IMG/VR virus record: IMGVR_UViG_3300024232_000011
Location: 1-59,132 of that record
Source of the DNA: a virus
Taxonomy: Duplodnaviria > Caudoviricetes
Strand: one strand, 5' to 3'
Length of the DNA stretch: 59,132 bases
How positions within the stretch are numbered: position 1 is the first letter of the stretch; every line of letters starts with the position of its first letter. The notes under the pieces were generated by a model. The model worked only from the letters and a program-made list of their open reading frames with translations. It had not been told where the DNA came from and ran no database searches. Of the stretch, positions 55,085-59,132 are shown piece after piece. The translations under genes and the position numbers were made by a program.

Positions 55085-55442
55085 GCGGCTGGCGACGTTG
55101 AGCGGAGCGGATCGGGACATTCACAGGGACATTTCTCTATTCCTGTTTCCGAATCCTGCTGGCAACACGATTCGTGCGGACTGGACGGGGGATATCGGCG
55201 CCGTCATCGCAGAGATCGAGCGGAGGGGGTGGCCATTCACGCTGAACACAGTTTCTGATGCGTGTCGCTCGCAACTCGGAGCATATCACGCATCATTGTG
55301 GGCACGCGGAAAACGGATAGGCGAGCAAAAGGAGATTGGCAACTCGTATGGTCCGACATCTGCACTGGCCCTCTTGCGCGCGTTGATCGCGACAGTGGAA
55401 GCGGAGCGCGCGGTGACAACGCAACAGGAGGTGCAGACGTGA
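55068..55442 (+). CDS. Hypothetical phage protein
   Basis: AAGGAGG RBS; C-terminal TSALALLRALI. Confidence 0.6.
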   Translation: MSELSERLATLSGADRDIHRDISLFLFPNPAGNTIRADWTGDIGAVIAEIERRGWPFTLNTVSDACRSQLGAYHASLWARGKRIGEQKEIGNSYGPTSALALLRALIATVEAERAVTTQQEVQT

Positions 55443-55717
55443 GCATTACGAGAGACGACATCCGTGCTTGGTTAGCGTGGGCAATAGAGAAGAACGCGAC
55501 CCACATGTTCGTAGTATGCGACATGTTCGACTGGGAAGATTATCCGGTGTTCGTTTCTTCTCCAGAAGAATGCTTATTAAAGTTCGAGGAACTAAACGGT
55601 CCAAATATGCAAAAAATCATGGAGGTTTATGATCTCTCATTGGACCTTGAGGCGCAATTATCCGAACGTCGCGCGCTTCATCTACCGGCTGATGGGGTAG
55701 CAGATGTTCCCAGCTGA
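55439..55717 (+). CDS. Hypothetical phage protein
   Basis: ATHMFVVCDMFDWEDYPVFV...MQKIMEVYDLS; GGAGG RBS. Confidence 0.7.
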   Translation: MSITRDDIRAWLAWAIEKNATHMFVVCDMFDWEDYPVFVSSPEECLLKFEELNGPNMQKIMEVYDLSLDLEAQLSERRALHLPADGVADVPS

Positions 55718-56040
55718 TCTGATCTCCGGCGCACTCGAAGGCCTGATCGGCGTTGTCCTGCTCGTGCTGGTCGTCGAGGCGGTGGTGAAGAGCGTGCGGC
55801 AGGTCAGGAGGGGGCGGTGAGCGATTTACAAGTTGCAAGTCGGATGAACGAGGCGGCTGGTGGGATGATGGAGGCGGCAGAATTGATGGCGCGCGCCGTC
55901 GCATGCCTTGGCGAGATCGAAGGCATGAAGGCTGACAACGCCAGACGCGCATGGTCGCAAGGGGAGTTTTACGAACCGGCCCATGATGGGAGCGATTTCC
56001 TCGCTGTGCTAGAGCGCTACAAGATCCGAGGCTAGCACCG

Positions 56041-56232
56041 ATGACCCCTACCCTAACCCGCGACGAACTAACGCTCGTCATCCACTCCCTGCGCATGGCC
56101 GCTGACGACCTTTACACGTACGCCACGCGCGAGTGGGGAACCAAGCGCGAACTGGAGTTAACTGCGGACTGGGAGCGGCGGCGACGACTCGCGCAGAGGT
56201 TGGAGGATTTTATGTGTGGGGTGGGAACGTGA
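56041..56232 (+). CDS. Hypothetical protein
   Basis: Resembles the C-terminal half of the next ORF. Confidence 0.55.
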   Translation: MTPTLTRDELTLVIHSLRMAADDLYTYATREWGTKRELELTADWERRRRLAQRLEDFMCGVGT

Positions 56233-56573
56233 GCGACGACATAGGGCGCAAACTAGAAGTGTGGGCCGAGACGTTCGAGCAGAACATGGCGTTTATGCGG
56301 GACGATAAAGGCAATATGCCGCTTGGCGACAACACGATTTCGATTATGCTGCGGGCAGCGTCGGCGCGCATTCACGAACTGGAGGCGGAGCGGATGTCGC
56401 GGGCGCAGATCGAGGAAATCATCCTAGCGCTTCGACAGGATGCAGAGACGATTGAGGCGATCGTGGATCTTCGAGGTGGAGACACGGTGTCGTTGGTGTT
56501 CCAACGCACTATTGTTGCCCGTCGCGCCCTCGCCGATCGTCTCGCCGCCGGGCTGTATGGAGCGCCGACATGA
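56229..56573 (+). CDS. Hypothetical protein
   Basis: GTGA-coupled. Confidence 0.55.
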   Translation: MSDDIGRKLEVWAETFEQNMAFMRDDKGNMPLGDNTISIMLRAASARIHELEAERMSRAQIEEIILALRQDAETIEAIVDLRGGDTVSLVFQRTIVARRALADRLAAGLYGAPT

Positions 56574-56752
56574 CGACCAAGGATTTGGCGTTTGCATGCA
56601 TGAGTGGCTTTGGTTTTGGTCTTATCCTTGGCGGAGCAATCGCACATGAGGCAGGAAGGTCTTTGCCAACATCTCTGATGGGCGCTGGGATTGGCTTGAT
56701 TACAGCCGGCGCCTATTGGTTAAGCAATGACACGAAAGGTCGTACTCCATGA
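56570..56752 (+). CDS. Small membrane protein
   Basis: Two Gly-rich hydrophobic segments. Confidence 0.55.
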   Translation: MTTKDLAFACMSGFGFGLILGGAIAHEAGRSLPTSLMGAGIGLITAGAYWLSNDTKGRTP

Positions 56753-57375
56753 CCCGCATCGCCGCGCTCGTGCTCGCCTGCGGGGTGGTGTGTGGTAGGG
56801 CGGGGGCACAGGAGGGAGCAGTGATCCACCCTGGCCAGACATGGCCTCCGTCGTATGACTCGATGGGTTTCGACCAGAATAACCCACCAACGCAAATGAC
56901 GATGCCAGATGGGCACGTAGTTATAGTCCCAACGTGCCCTGACGCGAATCAATACGGCCAATGCGTATTGCGGTTTTGGAACAGTAAGAGTTACGGAGAC
57001 GGCTCCGTTACGGCGTCCTTGTCTGGCGAGAAGCCGGAGCAGGCCCCGGTTAGCGCCAACGACGACGCCCAAGTTACCATCACGATCGAATGTAAGACGC
57101 ATTGCGTGGAGATGTTGGAGGGTATGCAAGCGCCTTCCACCTCCGACCTCGACCGCGCGATGGAGATTTGCGCGCACAGGACTACGACAAAAACAAATCC
57201 GGCAAATCCGTATGTCGCGATACGAGGGTGGCAGCCGGGATGGGAATCGTGCGAGGCGGTGACTAGCCGGTATCACGAACAGGAAACGCGTGCCGCCGAG
57301 ATGGCGAAAGCCGCAGAGAAAGCTCGTGAAGCCGCCGACTTGGCGTTTGTGAAACGTATAGCTGGCTCCCCATGA
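56749..57375 (+). CDS. Signal-peptide-bearing Cys-containing protein
   Basis: MTRIAALVLACGVVCGRAGA|Q. Confidence 0.65.
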   Translation: MTRIAALVLACGVVCGRAGAQEGAVIHPGQTWPPSYDSMGFDQNNPPTQMTMPDGHVVIVPTCPDANQYGQCVLRFWNSKSYGDGSVTASLSGEKPEQAPVSANDDAQVTITIECKTHCVEMLEGMQAPSTSDLDRAMEICAHRTTTKTNPANPYVAIRGWQPGWESCEAVTSRYHEQETRAAEMAKAAEKAREAADLAFVKRIAGSP

Positions 57376-57875
57376 CTCCCCTTCTCCACCCCTACCGCTC
57401 CGCCCTCTCTCTCGACGAATACCGCGCAGTCGCCCAGCGCTTGGAAGCTGGTGACAGCCTCTGCGGCCTCGCCAGGCAGTACCACATCCGACCGGCAACG
57501 CTTACATGTGCGCTACGCGGTCTCGGGCTGCGCTGGCAATCCAAGCCGCGCGACGACGGTATTTCCCACCGCAAGGCTTACGTGCTGGAGCAGTTGGGAC
57601 TGGGCCGAACGCGGCATGACCTGGCGCGGGAACTCGATACGTCGCCGGAGTGCGTCAGCGCGTTGGCATCGCAGGCGCGGAGGAAGCTCGGTCTGGTGTT
57701 CGAGCGCGCGCCGCTGTCGCTGTCGGAGCGGGAAGCGAAGACCATGCAACTGACGGAGCAGGCAGTGGCGAGCGCGCTGATCGCCGAGCGGTTCGGGACG
57801 ACGACGCAGGCGGTGTATGTCATGCGATACGCGGCGCGGAGGAAGGCGCTCCAGTGCGCGACATCCTCCTCATAA
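57372..57875 (+). CDS. Multi-HTH DNA-binding protein
   Basis: Three HTH-like units (LARQYHIRPATL; LARELDTSPECV; IAERFGTTTQAV). Confidence 0.7.
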   Translation: MTPLLHPYRSALSLDEYRAVAQRLEAGDSLCGLARQYHIRPATLTCALRGLGLRWQSKPRDDGISHRKAYVLEQLGLGRTRHDLARELDTSPECVSALASQARRKLGLVFERAPLSLSEREAKTMQLTEQAVASALIAERFGTTTQAVYVMRYAARRKALQCATSSS

Positions 57876-57930
57876 TCGCGCTCTCAGGCCTGGCGTGGTA
57901 CGTGATCTGGCGCGTGGTCGGGTGCATGCC

Positions 57931-58368
57931 ATGAGCCGCAGCGAGACGGCGCGCCAATCCCTAGCCGATCCCGAAGTCCGTGCCCGTATGAGCGAGGCGG
58001 CAAAGGCGCACTGGCGGCAGTCATCATACCGGCTGGCGCAGGTGACTACGCGGCGGGGAATGGCGCCGCCACGTGAACAGTCGCTCGCTGGACTTGCCCA
58101 CGCCTATACGCCGGAGGCCTTGGAGAAGAAGCGCAAGGGGCTCAGGAGGGCACAGGACGCCGCCCTGGTGCATCAGGATCGGATGGTGGCCGAGATGGCC
58201 TCACGTGCCAACGTAGAGCCGTCCATGCGCGACGTGGGGTTGATGCGGGAGTGGCTGTCGTGTGGGTTGCGGCAATCGACGCTGGCGCGGTGGTTGGGCG
58301 TCGGCGCGCGGTCGGTGAGCCATTGGGTGGGAGATGGCGTGAAGCCGAAGGTGAAGAAAGGCGCCTAG
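57931..58368 (+). CDS. NUMOD3-like plus HTH protein
   Basis: DPEVRARMSEAAK; RQSTLARWLGVGARSVSHWV. Confidence 0.6.
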   Translation: MSRSETARQSLADPEVRARMSEAAKAHWRQSSYRLAQVTTRRGMAPPREQSLAGLAHAYTPEALEKKRKGLRRAQDAALVHQDRMVAEMASRANVEPSMRDVGLMREWLSCGLRQSTLARWLGVGARSVSHWVGDGVKPKVKKGA

Positions 58369-58535
58369 CGGGGCGCCTGTTCCTCTGCTTCGTCCTCCTC
58401 ATCCATCGCTTCGCAATGAGCCTCATAAGCCGCGTGCTCCGAAACCTTCGCTTCTTCATATTTCGACTTTGCGTGATCAAGACGGCGTATCGCTTCTTTC
58501 AGGGCATCCCAAGTATCATCTGTTTTCGAGCGCAT
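58365..58535 (-). CDS. Small acidic protein
   Basis: GGAGGAG RBS before MRSKTDD; last gene of the leftward unit. Confidence 0.55.
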   Translation of the reverse strand: MRSKTDDTWDALKEAIRRLDHAKSKYEEAKVSEHAAYEAHCEAMDEEDEAEEQAPR

Positions 58536-58560
58536 CTCACTCTCCTCCGATTGCGCGTGG

Positions 58561-59132
58561 TTAAGCCGCCACTTTGATAACGCCGCGACCATCAGCCGTG
58601 GCAAGCCCCAGCAGCACATCCTTATACGCACGCCAGAACTTCAGCGCAGCGCGGCCGTCCATCTTCGTAATGCGAGCATCGTCGAAGGACGACCATTCGG
58701 CCAGCGTGTGCAATTCGCAGCCAATCTGCATGTGATCGTCGAGAATGGTCACTGGCCAAGTCAGGCCGTAGACGAACAGCGGAGCGCGTTGGATGACGAT
58801 GCCATTGCGCCATTTGGCGCGCGCGAGGTTGGCGCGCGCGAGGTTGGCGCGCGCGAGGTTGGCGCGCGCGAGGTTGGCGTCCGCGAGGTTGGCTCCCGCG
58901 AGGTTGGCGTCCGCGAGGTTGGCGTCCGCGAGGTTGGCGTCCGCGAGGTTGGCGTCCGCGAGGTTGGCGTCCGTGAGGTTGGCTCCCGCGAGGTTGGCGT
59001 CCGCGAGGTTGGCGCCCGCGAGGTTGGCGCGCGCGAGGTTGGCGTCCACGAGGTTGGCGTCCACGAGGTTGGCGTCCGCGAGGTTGGCGTCCGTGAGGTT
59101 GGCTCCCGCGAGGTTGGCGTACGCGAGGTTGG
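58561..59132 (-). CDS. Pentapeptide-repeat protein, C-terminal part
   Basis: A-N-L-(A/V/T)-(D/G/R) repeats followed by a C-terminal domain (HMQIGCELH...W) typical of phage pentapeptide-repeat proteins. Confidence 0.9.
   Translation of the reverse strand, partial: NLAYANLAGANLTDANLADANLVDANLVDANLARANLAGANLADANLAGANLTDANLADANLADANLADANLADANLAGANLADANLARANLARANLARANLARAKWRNGIVIQRAPLFVYGLTWPVTILDDHMQIGCELHTLAEWSSFDDARITKMDGRAALKFWRAYKDVLLGLATADGRGVIKVAA
58813..59132. repeat. 15-bp tandem coding repeat (GAGGTTGGCGTCCGC variants); also at 1-76
   Basis: Contiguous 15-bp units without spacers, visible at both window ends. Confidence 0.95.

Noticed and set aside
58813-59132. Possible CRISPR array
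   Set aside because: Contiguous 15-bp units with no unique spacers, in frame with a pentapeptide protein.
1-59132. Integrated prophage with att sites or host genes
   Set aside because: No host housekeeping genes, integrase or att-like direct repeats recognised; both ends fall in one gene, which suggests a circular phage contig.

Overview
The window is an apparently near-complete, ~59 kb, high-GC tailed-phage genome of podovirus type. Both ends lie inside the same pentapeptide-repeat gene, so it looks like a circle broken in a 15-bp repeat. The host is probably an alphaproteobacterium, based on GcrA-like genes and a suhB/alpha-r8-like sRNA. Modules in order: early microgenes, a VapD/MTase insert, RecD-like helicase and P4/D5 primase-helicase (1-11.8 kb); terminase, P22-like portal, scaffold and N4-gp56-type capsid (11.9-25.5 kb); head-tail connectors and ejection proteins, one with an M15 peptidase (25.6-35.1 kb); tailspike module (35.2-41.5 kb); membrane/lipoprotein cluster (41.7-45 kb); leftward recombination operon with RecT-like and Gp157 genes; and a cro-type switch followed by a rightward microgene operon. 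I found no integrase, CI repressor or stand-alone endolysin. Most unusual observations: (1) four consecutive tail-module proteins, including the 1447-aa tailspike, begin with Sec-type signal peptides, and three carry paired cysteines; (2) two tRNA-shaped ncRNAs with a large structured domain in place of the anticodon arm, one with its own promoter and palindromic operator; (3) a suhB-like sRNA with a perfect 14-nt complement in a neighbouring structured region; (4) repeated low-GC gene inserts bracketed by duplicated, synonymously recoded gene ends; (5) six HNH genes, two of which flank the capsid gene in antisense and share a leader architecture. All family calls come from motif recognition by eye, not from database searches.
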